Assembly: GCA_965215885.1 (NCBI GenBank)
Contig: CBDCEW010000103.1
Coordinates: 64,001-128,000 of the forward strand
Origin: Candidatus Moanibacter sp.
GTDB taxonomy: Bacteria; Verrucomicrobiota; Verrucomicrobiia; Opitutales; UBA2987
Length of the DNA: 64,000 nt
Direction of reading: 5' to 3'
The notes under the pieces were generated by a model. The model made no database searches and was not told where the DNA came from. It saw nothing but the letters and a program-made list of their open reading frames with translations. Position numbers and translations under genes: made by a program. Shown piece by piece: positions 22,402 through 33,512 of the stretch (position 1 is the first letter of the stretch; every line of letters starts with the position of its first letter).

Positions 22402-22575
22402 CCCGGACATTTCACACACTTCGTAGTGAGACTGCGTAGGTTGCTGCGTATCGGTGCCTTTCCGCAGCACGGCGGGCGACAGCGTGTTGGAACCCTCTGA
22501 GGTCGCCGGACAAGGGAAGGCTTTGAGACGCAGTGACATCCGCGGTCGTAGCAGAAGATTTGTGAAATGTTCGGG
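22402..22575 (+). repeat. Family A palindromic element, copy 2
   Basis: CTAG-CCCGGACATTTCACA...TGTGAAATGTTCGGG-CTAG. Confidence 0.93.
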
Positions 22576-22583
22576 CTAGCACG

Positions 22584-23564
22584 CTATGAGCCTTTGTCGG
22601 GCATTGTCCCTACAATGTATTCGACGATTACGGAAAACTCCGAGTAATTCTCTTTAACGATGAGTATCGCGGAGGAGTCTTCCCCCCTACCTGCATCGCC
22701 GGAGAATCCAAACGGCGAAGGCCCGAGTAATTCTCTCCCTCTCTGCTTTCCCGTTTCTGATACCGGTTTCACCTCCACACCGCGAACGACATAAGGCCTC
22801 TCGAAATGGTTCAAGCTGTTCAGGAACTGGCGTAGCGTCCTCGTTTGACCCGTATATACCAACCGAATACCTAACGTATCGATAATGTCGGGAATACGCG
22901 CCGACACTTTCTCATCGATTTCAAAGAGATCCTTGCTTATGAACGGCTTCGAGGAATCTGCGGCACTCCCCCGCGCAGGATAGACCGGTTCTCTCTGCAC
23001 CTCAACAATCTCCCTCGGACCAGCTGCATAGAGCAGGTCCATCAAGAAGCGAATCAGCGACCGCTGCAAATCCACCACCCTGAGAACTTCGGGGGAGGGG
23101 CCTTCACCCGATTCGACAAATTCATCGAAGCCAAAATTCTCATCCTCTTTTACTCCGATTCCCAATTCGCCGGCGCTCTTTCGTAGTTCTTCCACCAGGC
23201 TTACAATCCTGAAATAGACATCCTCAGAATCGATCGGAGTCGATTCTATCTCTATCTCATCAGATAGATCTCGCCTCAGTTCACTTCGACTTGCTTCCAG
23301 GCGAGCCTCAAGCACATCAGAATTTATTCGCGCGCGCTCCCGATTTGCTTTCATGGGCGCAGGACTTCCATGCGACACCTCTCGCAGCAATCGTACTCTC
23401 TCCGATAGCATACTTTCCAATTCGCTACTCTCGCCCGCCAATGCGATTGTCCAGTACACCTCAGCGACGCACCCAGAAACAATGACTGCCACCAGAAGAG
23501 CAAATACCGGATTTTCCCTCAACCATCCCATTTCTCTTGAACCTGATTTTCGCATTGCGAGCAC
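22584..23564 (-). CDS. Amuc_1100-like (PilO/GspM-like) pilus-system protein
   Basis: N-terminal TM, coiled coil, FGFDEF...GP, LRQFLNSL...YVVRGVEV; cluster position. Confidence 0.7.
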   Translation of the reverse strand: MLAMRKSGSREMGWLRENPVFALLVAVIVSGCVAEVYWTIALAGESSELESMLSERVRLLREVSHGSPAPMKANRERARINSDVLEARLEASRSELRRDLSDEIEIESTPIDSEDVYFRIVSLVEELRKSAGELGIGVKEDENFGFDEFVESGEGPSPEVLRVVDLQRSLIRFLMDLLYAAGPREIVEVQREPVYPARGSAADSSKPFISKDLFEIDEKVSARIPDIIDTLGIRLVYTGQTRTLRQFLNSLNHFERPYVVRGVEVKPVSETGKQRGRELLGPSPFGFSGDAGRGEDSSAILIVKENYSEFSVIVEYIVGTMPDKGS

Positions 23565-23643
23565 TCTTGGGCTACTCTTCCAAAAAAATCCTGTTTCATC
23601 TACTTGACTCCGTTTGCGCCAAAGCGCTGAAATATCCGGGCTA

Positions 23644-23737
23644 GGAATCTGTCGGACTTAGCATTCCTAACATTTCCATGGTGCATATTTCAAGGTGACG
23701 GCTCGACATTCCGATCCAGATGAGACCGACAGATTCC
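23644..23737. repeat. Family B miniature element (94 bp)
   Basis: GGAATCTGTCGG...CCGACAGATTCC, preceded directly by an isolated family A right end (GAAATATCCGGG-CTAG). Confidence 0.8.
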
Positions 23738-23988
23738 TCGGAAGAAAATGAACCTGAGATTTGAGACATTTTGCCATATCTATTCCTTTCTCGAATACAA
23801 ATCTGATGACGAAAGATTGTCGCTGGCGGGTTGATCGTATCAAAATGGCCCATAGCGAAACCGCTGTGCAACAATTCGTCCTCCTTCCCACAAATCTCAG
23901 GTTCATTTTCTTGATTCTAGTCCCGGCTGGCCGGGATCGGAACGAAACCGGGTAATTCTTTTAAAGACGCATAAATTCCGACAGGCTG

Positions 23989-25704
23989 CTAGAGCGGTCT
24001 ATCCGGGCTGATCTTTAGTTGAAATTCAAACCGGAGCAGACCCGTATCTGAAGTATCGAAACGAATATTCTCAACGCCTGAAATGAAGGCGGATTCGGTG
24101 ATTTTGCCCAGCACCCGTTTGACCCGCTGCTGCACATTGTTACTAACCTTGGCAAGTGGATTTTCGCGATCGAGCATGCGCCCCACTACGCGGAGCCGGT
24201 CGATCCTTCCCTCCCGATGAGTTTTACTACCCTTTCCCTCAAGTCTCTCAACATCCTCGTCGTCGAAAGCCACCAACCCACTCTCATCCTCGCGAATGAT
24301 TTCAAGTTTCTCCAACCAGACATCTTCGACCTCGTGGAGACGATCTTGAAGATCGACAAAAAATTGCGCCCAATTCGATCGCGAATGAAATATTCTCTCA
24401 ATCTTCTCGATCTCTTCGGCAAGGTCAGCCGATTGCCTGCTCCAGCGGGCTATCGCTTCCTCGTTTTCCAGCAGTGGAGCGAGCTCCCGCTCGACCATGC
24501 CCAGTTCCCTCTCGTGATTAATCGCCAGGCTGCGATAGTGCAAGACCGGCAACGCGAACGCGGCTGCCGAAATCAAACCCGCTGCCACCAGGGTGGGCTT
24601 TCGTCGCTTCAAACGCTGCCTGCGCGCAAACGATTCCGGCAGTAGATTCACTGTAGACGAGCGTCCCGCCCTCTCCAATTCGGCAGCCCCAATCAACTCG
24701 CTGTCCTGCATCAGGTTGGCTCGATACTTCTCAAAATCGATTCCTTTGCCAGGGACGACGTGATTAGCCGGACTGAACGACTCGACTTTCATATTGAGAG
24801 AGCTTTCGAGGTGCTCCGCGAGTCCCGGCAATCGAGACCCGCGCCCGCATAGAAGCATTCTTCTCGGAACTCTGCCCATTTTTTCTCCCGTTGCGCTCGC
24901 CAGAGAACGCCCTATTTCCGCGGACAACCTCCTTTTGAACAGAGCCGCGCTTCGTTCCATCTCTTCCTCGAAACGATCTGCTCCGGTCTGTTCTCGACCC
25001 TCCGAAAAACGGGCGACTTTCCGCTCCTCGGCGCTTGAAAATGATTCACCGGTGAGACGGGCCAGATTTTCCGTAACGAAATTCCCACCCACCGATACGC
25101 TGCGGATGAATAGTTCCTTTCCTTTCATATAGAGCAGTTCTGAGGTCCTCGCTCCCACGTCTATAAACACGATTTCTTCTTGCTGTCCCCCCTCGCCCGT
25201 TCCCAGTAGCGTATGATAGGAGAGAACCGGAGCGGGTAGCACGGCTTCCGGACTGAATCCTGCCCTGTATATCTCTTCACAGAATTCCTCGGAGCCTTCG
25301 AGTTTCTCCGCCACTACCACCATCTCAATCTCGATGCCATCGTCAGCAAATATCTCATATCCCCATACGACTTCCGAAAGGGGGTAGGGAATGTTCTGCT
25401 GCGTTTCGTAAGCAATGGCTTGGGCTTGCTTCGAGCGCTCCACCACGGGTACCTCGATAATCTTGCTTAGCACTCGAAAGCCCGGGACGATTAAGGTCGC
25501 CGCTCGATTCAACCCCCCTTCACCGGCCAAGTCCTGAAGTGCACCAGCCACGGCCGGGAGCCAGTCGCTCTCCACGGAATAATCATAGGAGAGTTCCCTC
25601 CTGAGAATTCCCTCCATTCTGAGCTCCCCCTCAGAACTCCTTTGAAATCTCCCCGCCGAAACATGGGTCGTTCCGCAATTGATTATCGTTTTCTCCCTGC
25701 CCAT
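23989..25704 (-). CDS. PilM-like actin-fold protein with C-terminal PilN-like part (Amuc_1101-like)
   Basis: QQNIPYPLSEVVW, IDVGAR, GGNFVT, LCGRGS, then VNLLP + TM + coiled coil and VWLEKL. Confidence 0.8.
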   Translation of the reverse strand: MGREKTIINCGTTHVSAGRFQRSSEGELRMEGILRRELSYDYSVESDWLPAVAGALQDLAGEGGLNRAATLIVPGFRVLSKIIEVPVVERSKQAQAIAYETQQNIPYPLSEVVWGYEIFADDGIEIEMVVVAEKLEGSEEFCEEIYRAGFSPEAVLPAPVLSYHTLLGTGEGGQQEEIVFIDVGARTSELLYMKGKELFIRSVSVGGNFVTENLARLTGESFSSAEERKVARFSEGREQTGADRFEEEMERSAALFKRRLSAEIGRSLASATGEKMGRVPRRMLLCGRGSRLPGLAEHLESSLNMKVESFSPANHVVPGKGIDFEKYRANLMQDSELIGAAELERAGRSSTVNLLPESFARRQRLKRRKPTLVAAGLISAAAFALPVLHYRSLAINHERELGMVERELAPLLENEEAIARWSRQSADLAEEIEKIERIFHSRSNWAQFFVDLQDRLHEVEDVWLEKLEIIREDESGLVAFDDEDVERLEGKGSKTHREGRIDRLRVVGRMLDRENPLAKVSNNVQQRVKRVLGKITESAFISGVENIRFDTSDTGLLRFEFQLKISPDRPL

Positions 25705-25733
25705 ACTATATCAGCTGGAATTCTTCTTCTTTT

Positions 25734-27217
25734 GGGTCTACAGCAGAATCTGTGGGTGGGTAACGTCGCTTACAAGAGGAAATAGAGTCGGTGAGCACAA
25801 GGAGAAGTCAGGGCGCTGCCCTGAATCCCGCTCCTCCACAGCCGGAGGGGCTGGTCGGTGTTTTCTTTGCATATGGGATTGAAAGGTTGAAGCACCGGGC
25901 CGTTCCGAGGATGAAAGTAGTACCGAAAATACATCCTGAACACGGAGGACCCAGTGCTCATCAAAACGCTACTGAATCGGTGCTATTGGCTCAAGAGCTT
26001 TGTTTACGCAAAGGCGAGTATGGAAATGGTGAAATCGGTGGAGGCGATTGTGGTGCAGATTGAGCCGCGCAAGAATAGTCGGGTGTGCTGTTCGGGGTGT
26101 GGCCGGACGGCCAGCGGCTACGACCACATGAGCGAGGCGAGGCATTTTGAATTTGTGCCCTTGTGGGGGATGAAGGTGTATTTTCGTTACCGCATGCGGC
26201 GGGTCAATTGCCGGCGGTGCGGGGTGAAGGTCGAAGAGGTGCCCTGGGCCAAGGGCAAGAGTCATCTGAGTTGGCCAATGCAATGGTTTCTGGCCCAGTG
26301 GGCGAGGCGCTTGAGCTGGGAAGAGACGGCAAGGGTTTTTCGCACGAACTGGCGCAACGTCTTCGAGTCGGTCGAGGCGATGGTGCGTTGGGGGCTCAAA
26401 CGGCGCGATATGAGCGGGATTGAGGCGATCGGAGTCGATGAGGTGCAGTATCATCGAGGCCATCACTATCTCACCGTGGTCTACCAGCTTGACGAGGGGC
26501 GGCGGCGGCTATTGGGCGTATTCAATAAGCGCAACGTAAAATCGCTCTTGCGTTTTTTCTGGGAATTGGGAGCGCAAAAGAGCAGCCAGATCCTCTACGT
26601 CTGCTCGGATCTGTGGAAGCCTTACCTCAAAGTGATCAAGAAAAAGGCACCCCAGGCGCTGCACATCCTCGATCGCTTCCACTTGGTAGCCAACCTGAAC
26701 AAGGCCCTCAATGAGATTCGTGCTGCGGAAGCCAGGCGATTGCAACGGGACGGCTACATCAACGTGCTGGTCAAAAGCAAATACTGTTTCTTCAAAAATC
26801 CGCAAAATCTCACCCCCACCCAACAGATCCGCCTCAAGGAGGTGCTCCAATACGATCTGAAGAGCGTGCGGGCCTATCTACTAAAGGAGAGCTTTCAGCT
26901 CTTGTGGCATTATAAAAGTCCCTACTGGGCCCAATGGTATCTGAAAAAATGGTGCACGCGCGCCATGCGTTCGCGCCTCAAACCGATCAAAAGGTTCGTG
27001 CGCTCGGTGCGCAAACACGAGCCGCTCATCCTCAACTGGTTTCGGGCCAAAAAGGCCTTTTCCTGCGGCATTGTGGAGGGCTTTAACCGCAATATAAATC
27101 TCACTATCAGAAAAGCATACGGCTTTAAGAGCTTCGAAGTGCTTAAGATCGCCCTATTTCATACCATGGGCGACTTGCCTGAACCCGAAATAACCCACAG
27201 ATTCTGCTGACGAGGCC
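25734..27217 (+). mobile_element. ISL3-family insertion sequence
   Basis: IR core CAGCAGAATCTGTGGG / CCCACAGATTCTGCTG; (C)TTCTTTT duplicated on both flanks (7-8 bp). Confidence 0.9.
25954..27210 (+). CDS. ISL3 transposase
   Basis: Zn finger CSGC..CRRC, IGVDE, CSDLW, LDRFH, VEGFN...AYGF. Confidence 0.93.
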   Translation: MLIKTLLNRCYWLKSFVYAKASMEMVKSVEAIVVQIEPRKNSRVCCSGCGRTASGYDHMSEARHFEFVPLWGMKVYFRYRMRRVNCRRCGVKVEEVPWAKGKSHLSWPMQWFLAQWARRLSWEETARVFRTNWRNVFESVEAMVRWGLKRRDMSGIEAIGVDEVQYHRGHHYLTVVYQLDEGRRRLLGVFNKRNVKSLLRFFWELGAQKSSQILYVCSDLWKPYLKVIKKKAPQALHILDRFHLVANLNKALNEIRAAEARRLQRDGYINVLVKSKYCFFKNPQNLTPTQQIRLKEVLQYDLKSVRAYLLKESFQLLWHYKSPYWAQWYLKKWCTRAMRSRLKPIKRFVRSVRKHEPLILNWFRAKKAFSCGIVEGFNRNINLTIRKAYGFKSFEVLKIALFHTMGDLPEPEITHRFC

Positions 27218-27369
27218 TTCTTTTAAATCGGGTTCTTCTAATTTGGCAATTTCTGTCCAAACGGCGAAATAGTTAGATACCCCTCAGCTTGCTGCCCGGA
27301 GTTTTCATTATCAATCCCTTTCCGTGACGGTTTCGCCGGAGTCCGGAGATTATTGAAATGTCCGAACTA

Positions 27370-27614
27370 GGAGCCGGTCGGACTTTGTCCGCAGGCTCCT
27401 AGACGAAATCCCATGTTGTTGCCCCTGGGCTGCAATAATGGCATAGGGATGCACTGGACGGCACTTTCACCCGATTCGATTGAGTCACCGCTCTGCCGAT
27501 GCCGCTCGGCAGAGCGTCTAGGAAGATGTCGGTGGTCCAATCCCCCGCATTCCACGAAAGCACCCAGATGTTCGTTTTTTCGGCGAGTTTAGAAAGCTAA
27601 GTCCGACAGATTCC
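27370..27614. repeat. Family B miniature element (longer subtype)
   Basis: TA-GGAGCCGGTCGGACTT...AAGTCCGACAGATTCC-TA. Confidence 0.65.
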
Positions 27615-27631
27615 TAACGAATATAAGCTGG

Positions 27632-28246
27632 TCATTCTCTCATCTTTTCCCGCACCAGGAAGAAGGGCGTTTCAAAAATAGGCACCAGAATCCCATCATT
27701 CTCCTTCGCTCCCAACGATACCCTGGACCTGAAATTGGACACTCTGGATGCGTCGCTCAAATTCGACGAAACATGCTCGCGGCGCGTTGGCACTGCCTTT
27801 TCATCCACAAAAAGCTCGATCAGGAACGCTTCTGGTTCGCGACTCAGCCTATCCCGCTTTATTACTTCAGGGGGTAGGTAGAAAAACAGTTTCCGCTTTT
27901 CACCCTGTTCAATCGTCGGAATCGTCGCATCGCACTGGAAATACCGAAACTCCTTCGCATCGCGGGGTCCTGCCGCATACGCCAGATTGAGCACTGCTCT
28001 AACCCTCCCGGAAAATCGCGAATCACGAGCATTGGGACTCCGGTTCCGTCCCCCCGCAACCTCCACTTCGATCTCAATCCAATCTTCCCGCATCCCATCG
28101 AGCCGGTCCCTCCGGAATTGAACACTCGAGACGCTCACCGGATCCTCCTGGGCGCCGGCGCTCACAGCGAACAACCCCAGGGATATCAAGGAAATAAAAA
28201 CACCTGAAAAGAGTGGGGCCGGCGGCCAGTCGAACCTTGCTTTCAA
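27632..28246 (-). CDS. Amuc_1102-like exported pilus-cluster protein
   Basis: Signal peptide; WIEIEVEV, FYLPPEVIKRD, NDGILVPIFETPF; first gene of the cluster. Confidence 0.65.
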   Translation of the reverse strand: MKARFDWPPAPLFSGVFISLISLGLFAVSAGAQEDPVSVSSVQFRRDRLDGMREDWIEIEVEVAGGRNRSPNARDSRFSGRVRAVLNLAYAAGPRDAKEFRYFQCDATIPTIEQGEKRKLFFYLPPEVIKRDRLSREPEAFLIELFVDEKAVPTRREHVSSNLSDASRVSNFRSRVSLGAKENDGILVPIFETPFFLVREKMRE

Positions 28247-28408
28247 TCGAACCTTTCGGATTTATCTCGAGCAAACTGTACAATTCACACACTTCGTTCC
28301 GAGATTCCCGGCAAGCCGGGACTGTGGAGATTCAGATCTTGTTAGATTTCCCGGTTGGAGGTCAACCTTCCGGCTCCCTGATCCAGCTCGGTGGGAGAAG
28401 CTTCTAAT

Positions 28409-28448
28409 TTCGACGTTCGATGTTGAATGTTCGATGTTGGACGTTCAC
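28409..28448. repeat. Degenerate 7-bp tandem repeat (TTCGATG-like)
   Basis: ttcgacg ttcgatg ttgaatg ttcgatg ttggacg ttca. Confidence 0.75.
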
Positions 28449-28937
28449 TATCGGGATCCAGTTAGCCTTTGTCGCATCATCAGCACCAGCATTCATTCCG
28501 TCGTTAATCATTCACCAATTGTTTAATCCATAATCTGGTTTCCATCCAGCGACCCTTTGATCTACTCCTTACTCTCATCCGCTCCCAGAATCCTCCAGTA
28601 ATATTGTCCCAAATGACTCTGCCTTCCTCTCTCCTCTTTGTCCCGGCTTGCCGGGATCTTGGCGTGAGAATTTTTTCCCTTTACTATCCGCTGCTCACTC
28701 TCCCCATCCGTGGTACTGCGGAGTCCCGGCGCGCCGGGATGGGCCACTCTTCCTTTCATATTCCTCTTCGTTTGCTTCTGTTCAACTCTCGGTGGTCCTC
28801 TGTGCTTCTCGGTGATCTCTGTGGCCCCTCTTCAGTCCCAACCCCCTAATTTCCTCTCCCCTCTTTCTCTCTGTTTCCTTCTGTTCAATTCTCTTTCCCA
28901 CGTAAGGACCTCCCATTCAAACCTCCAAAAAAACAAA

Positions 28938-29435
28938 ATGAGCGCCTCCCTTCCCTACAAGATTAGCGTCCTCCTCTTTATCCGCGACTTCTCCGGCCGC
29001 CTCCTCCTTATGAAACGCAAGAAAGAGCCCAATCTCAACCTCTGGAGTGGAATCGGCGGTAAGCTCGAAATGGCAATCGGCGAAAGCCCATTTGAGTGCG
29101 CCATTCGCGAATCATACGAGGAAGTGCGATTACAACTCACCGAATCCGACCTCCATCTCTTCTGTATGATCGCCGAGAAAAACTACGAGGCCAATTCGCA
29201 CTGGCTCATGTTTCTTTTCGATTGCAAAAAGGCCGTCCCCTCCCTCCCTCCGGATATCTCGGAGGGCGAATTCGGATTCCACGATCCGAATCACATCTAC
29301 GACCTTCCCATTCCCCAAACCGATCGCGAGGGCCTATGGCCTACCTATTTTGAACACCGCCACGGCTTCGTCGCCATGCGCGCAAATTGCCATCCCCATT
29401 CCAGTCCCGAAATCCTCATCGAAGAACGACTCTAA
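28938..29435 (+). CDS. NUDIX hydrolase (MutT-like)
   Basis: GGKLEMAIGESPFECAIRESYEEVRL Nudix box. ATG 28938 preferred because the upstream extension is low-complexity repeat. Confidence 0.9.
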   Translation: MSASLPYKISVLLFIRDFSGRLLLMKRKKEPNLNLWSGIGGKLEMAIGESPFECAIRESYEEVRLQLTESDLHLFCMIAEKNYEANSHWLMFLFDCKKAVPSLPPDISEGEFGFHDPNHIYDLPIPQTDREGLWPTYFEHRHGFVAMRANCHPHSSPEILIEERL

Positions 29436-29821
29436 CCCGCTTTCTCAATCCAACTCCTCCCCTTTCCCATCGTGCTCTCACGTCGATCTTCCCATTCCGA
29501 TATTCGATTACGAATATGACTAGCTGGCAACCCACTCGAATGTCGTTGTCGTAATCGTAGTCGATTGTCGGTTCGACTACGAACCGTCTCCCCGCGTCTC
29601 CGTCTCTCTCCAATCCCCCTCTCCCATCGTGACTCTCAATCGTGATCTCCTGTCGATCCTTTCACCTGGGAACTGGTTTATCAAGTTTCCCTCCCACGGA
29701 GGGGTCAGGGGTGGGTCACCCCAAGCCAGTTTCCGCCTTTAAGAAACGACCCAGGATTTCAGGTCAGTCTGGCCGCTGGCGCGTTCCTTGCCGGATCAAA
29801 CAGGGGCAGAACTTGGCAAGA

Positions 29822-29886
29822 CGAAATGCTCCTGCATTCCGCTACGTTCCGATTCGAAGGGTGTAGCGGAAAGCGGAAGCTTTTCG
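29822..29886. repeat. Inverted doublet of GTAG-type REP-like units
   Basis: Reverse complement of GTAGCGGAATGCAGGAGCATTTCG at 29822-29845, and GTAGCGGAAAGCGGAAGCTTTTCG at 29863-29886; another unit at 44083-44106. Confidence 0.7.
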
Positions 29887-29966
29887 ATGGTGTCGCCACC
29901 GAATTGATCCATAATAGACCGTCCCGCCCGTCATTCCGCTCTGCCCTACGGCAGAGAAGCATTCGA

Positions 29967-32594
29967 TCACTCATCTACCACTACCGTCTGCCCATCGGTT
30001 AGGAAATAGTCATCGGGATCAGCGGCAAAGGTGTCGGTGACAGGAGCGAGTCTCCCGTCAGCGAGATCCGGGCGCAATGAAATATCGCTGATCGAACGCT
30101 GCCCATCCGTAGCCCTGAAGGGAAAAGGATAAACGAGATCGTTAGTATCGATCTGAAAAGCGCCGGTGGCGTCAGCCAGATCGCCACCATTGATGAGAAT
30201 CTCTGAGATGGCGGAATCGGGACTGATCCGTATCCGAGGGACGGCCGTACCTGAAGGTCTGATATTGCCAACGAAGAGAAACAATCCCACCCGAATGTCG
30301 TCAGCATCGACTCCAATTTCACCTGACGTGGCCTCGAATCTCGCATTGGCCGCATTGATTCCTCCAATGTCTGCCTGCTGCCCAACCGGTGCCACCACTC
30401 TTATCAGCCTGACATCGGCAATACCGTCGACGTCGCCACTGAACGTTTGGGAGTTGATGAGTGAAACATCGACTCGATTCACGTCATTGCCCAGTGTAAA
30501 GGTTGAAAAGAATGTGAGGGGCGTCGGATTCTCAATCGTAAAGGTCGGCAGACCCTGTGCGTATGTCGTCCCTGGCTGGTTGTAGGGTGACGGCGCCGCT
30601 GCCTGGAAATTCTCCAGACTGATTGTGAGCGTCGTGCTCGGCTCGTCGCTGCCGTATTCCGCGAACATGAGATCGCCCCCCGGATCAAGAAAGGAGATGC
30701 GCGTTATCGTTCCGGGCACCGATGAAAATATCGCTTCCGAACTACGAATCTCGAACCCATTATAGACGAAGCCCTGAAAGAGCGTGCCGTCGTTTACCAG
30801 ATCTGCAGTTCCCGAAAGCAGGAGACTCTCTGCTCCCGCGGAACCCTCCTGCGCCTCAACAATGCTCGCTGGACCAAAGGGAAAGAGCCGTTCTACGTTT
30901 CGCGCCTGCACCTGCACCAGGTGGCTGCCGACTGTCGAAGGACTGAAGAAAAACGTTGTCGAGGTCGTCAGATCGGTTTCGGTTACACCCGTAAGCTGCT
31001 GTGAATTGGTAATCGAAATGTTATCAACGTACCAACCCGTTCCGATATCTGTTCCCGTAAACGCCGTGCCTCCCGTAAAGTCATAGACCAAACGAATGCG
31101 TATGACATCGCCCGCGAAGGAAGCTAGCGACACCGATCGCTGAACAAAGCTCGTCTCGCCCGGCTGAGAAGCACCGGCCTGTGTGAATATGTCCTGCCAT
31201 GATGTTCCCTCGTCCGTGGAAGTCTGGACCCGTGCAATCTGGTTCGTTGTCGCGACCCCTAAACGACTCGAGAATTCCAGCTGGCTTGATGCCTCGATAA
31301 GGATACTCGCATCTAGAGTGATTGTGGTATCGGTAAAGTCCGGGTTTGCGAGATGAAACGCGTTACTGCCGCCTCCCGGAGGGACAACCGAACCCTGAAT
31401 TATCGAATAGCCGGGATCTACCGGTTCAATCGTTACATCGGCGTCGCTTTCAGCGTTCTCAGAGAAGTCCTCGTTCGCCAGGAGAGCTTGCCTCAATCGA
31501 TATCCCGTCGAGCCTCCCACAGTAGTAAACGTGAACCCGTTCGCAAAGTTAACGAATACTTCAGCAGGTGGCGAAACGGTGGGAGCGCTGTAGGCGGGTA
31601 AATAGTCAATCCCAGCGTTTTCATCGTTAGCCACTTCGACCGTACCCATCTCCTCAGCGAGATTGGGTCCAGAGAAGGTCACCGTATACGTCCCGTTCCC
31701 GGCAACAGGAACCGAGAAGCCTCCCGACTGAGCCGTAACAGCGGAGAATGCCGCACCCGAGACATCGACCGCAATACCCCCAAGACCCTCTCCAATGTCG
31801 TAGAATTCATTTCCGTTAATGTCATAAAATGCCGCTCCGGTAATGAACGGACCGGAGCCGGGCTGGCTTCCGAAGTCCTGCGTGATTACAAAAGGCCCTA
31901 CCGTGCTGCCCCCCACCGTATTGGTGCCAACAACAATCCCCAGTCCCACCTCCCGAAAATCGGCGTTGTGAATGCTCGTGCGATGTCCCGGCGGATCCTG
32001 CATCCCATCGATGCTTTGACCCGTCGCACTCTGCCCCCAATCGATATCGAGCCCTGCATGCCCTTGCTCGACCGAAGCGCCAAATGCAAAGATATTCTCC
32101 GCGCGAGTGCCTAAACTGCTATACCCAAAATCATCGATTCGGTCGAACGTACCCCGACCATCGCTGCCGGTGTGGTCCTGGAAGGCATTCGTAAACATGT
32201 CGTTGCTGTGAAAGCGAGCTGCGTCGACTAAGAGCGTGTTCATCGACAGAGGCTGCGTTGATTGATCCAGGGTGGCGAACTGGGAAACCATTGTATTCAA
32301 ATTGACCATGAAAAAATCTATCACGGATACGATCTCAGGATCTTCGTTGTTGTTGACGATGTCTACAAACCGCTGCGCCTCGGCATTGGCATCTTCCCGC
32401 GCCCGGTTAATCAATTCGAGCAGCAGATGCTCCTCGTCCGTCGGTTCTCCGATCAAGTAAATGGAGGACCCCCCAGACGGCACGGATGCTCCACTTGGCG
32501 AAGCAAATTGCTCCACCGTCTCTTCTACTGGAGGAGGACCGGGCGGTGCCTGCTGCATCTTTAATTCCGCAATTGGAGCGGCTTCACTCTCTCC
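29967..32594 (-). pseudogene. 5'-truncated acidic extracellular CAP (SCP) domain multidomain protein
   Basis: LLELINRAR, AARFHSNDM, HTGSDG, AENI, GHRTSI, FREVGLG, TQDFG. The ORF-track GTG start (32597-32595) belongs to the ISAs1 terminal repeat, and there is no signal peptide. Confidence 0.8.
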
Positions 32595-33512
32595 CACGGT
32601 ATTTTGATTCTCGGAGCATTAGGTGATGATATTGATGGCCTTATGTAAGTTAAAGACGAAATCATCACAGAGTGCGGGAGTGGATTCAGCGCCCATGGAA
32701 GACTTGAGGCTGAGAACCAGTTGCCTGCATGCAGCAAGAATTCTGGCTGCGTGGGAGTAAGAATTATGATTACGGATCATACATCGATCTTCATCGAAGA
32801 AGCGATCCCTGGGGTAATGATTTTTATTTTCGATCGAGCAATGGTTGCGAATTTTCGAGAGGAACTGTTGAGGGCTCAAATCGGCGGGATCGAGACTGCT
32901 TACGTAGTAAGAGCGTTCAGAGGAAGGTTCAGCTTTGTTTGGATAATGGAAGGTGCGTTGCACACAGGCGAACTGGCGGGCATGGGGCAGGCCGGCAGAG
33001 GGAGCGCTTAGAGAATGGGTTGCTATTTGACGTATTTCGAGTCGCCCATGGTCATTGTCCACGGTTTGGTGGAGAAAAAGGGGGTGGAGCTGAAGAGATT
33101 CTGAGCGTATTGATGCATGTTGGGCTGATTGTCTTTAATTTGAATAACATAGTCAGCACTGAGTTCTTCGACGACGATGTGGGCAGTTTCTTTTTGATTA
33201 TGCATGGCGTCGAAGGTGAAGGTGGAGCCGTCCAAAATGGGCATCTTTCGCAAGAGAGTCTGGGCGGCGGTGATCTCGTTGGATTTATCGGCGGTAGCGA
33301 CTTGGGCTAAGGTTTGAGCGCTTTGGTGATCGACTGCGGCCACCAGGTGCAGAGCCTTTGATTCTTCGGTGTTTGTGCCTTTGAGGGTCTTGCCGTCGAC
33401 GGCAATATCGCGGGGCAAACAGCCGTCTTGTAAGCAGATGAATTCGGTGAGGGTTTTATCGAAGAGCTCGGCCTTTACGTTTTGCAAGACCCGATAGAAG
33501 ACATCATAGCAA
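32595..33512 (-). mobile_element. ISAs1-family element, 3' fragment cut by the adjacent IS
   Basis: Near-identical reverse complement of ~45098-46003; right IR CACGGTATTTTGATTCTCGG; ORFs 33023-33487 and 32619-33062. Confidence 0.9.
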
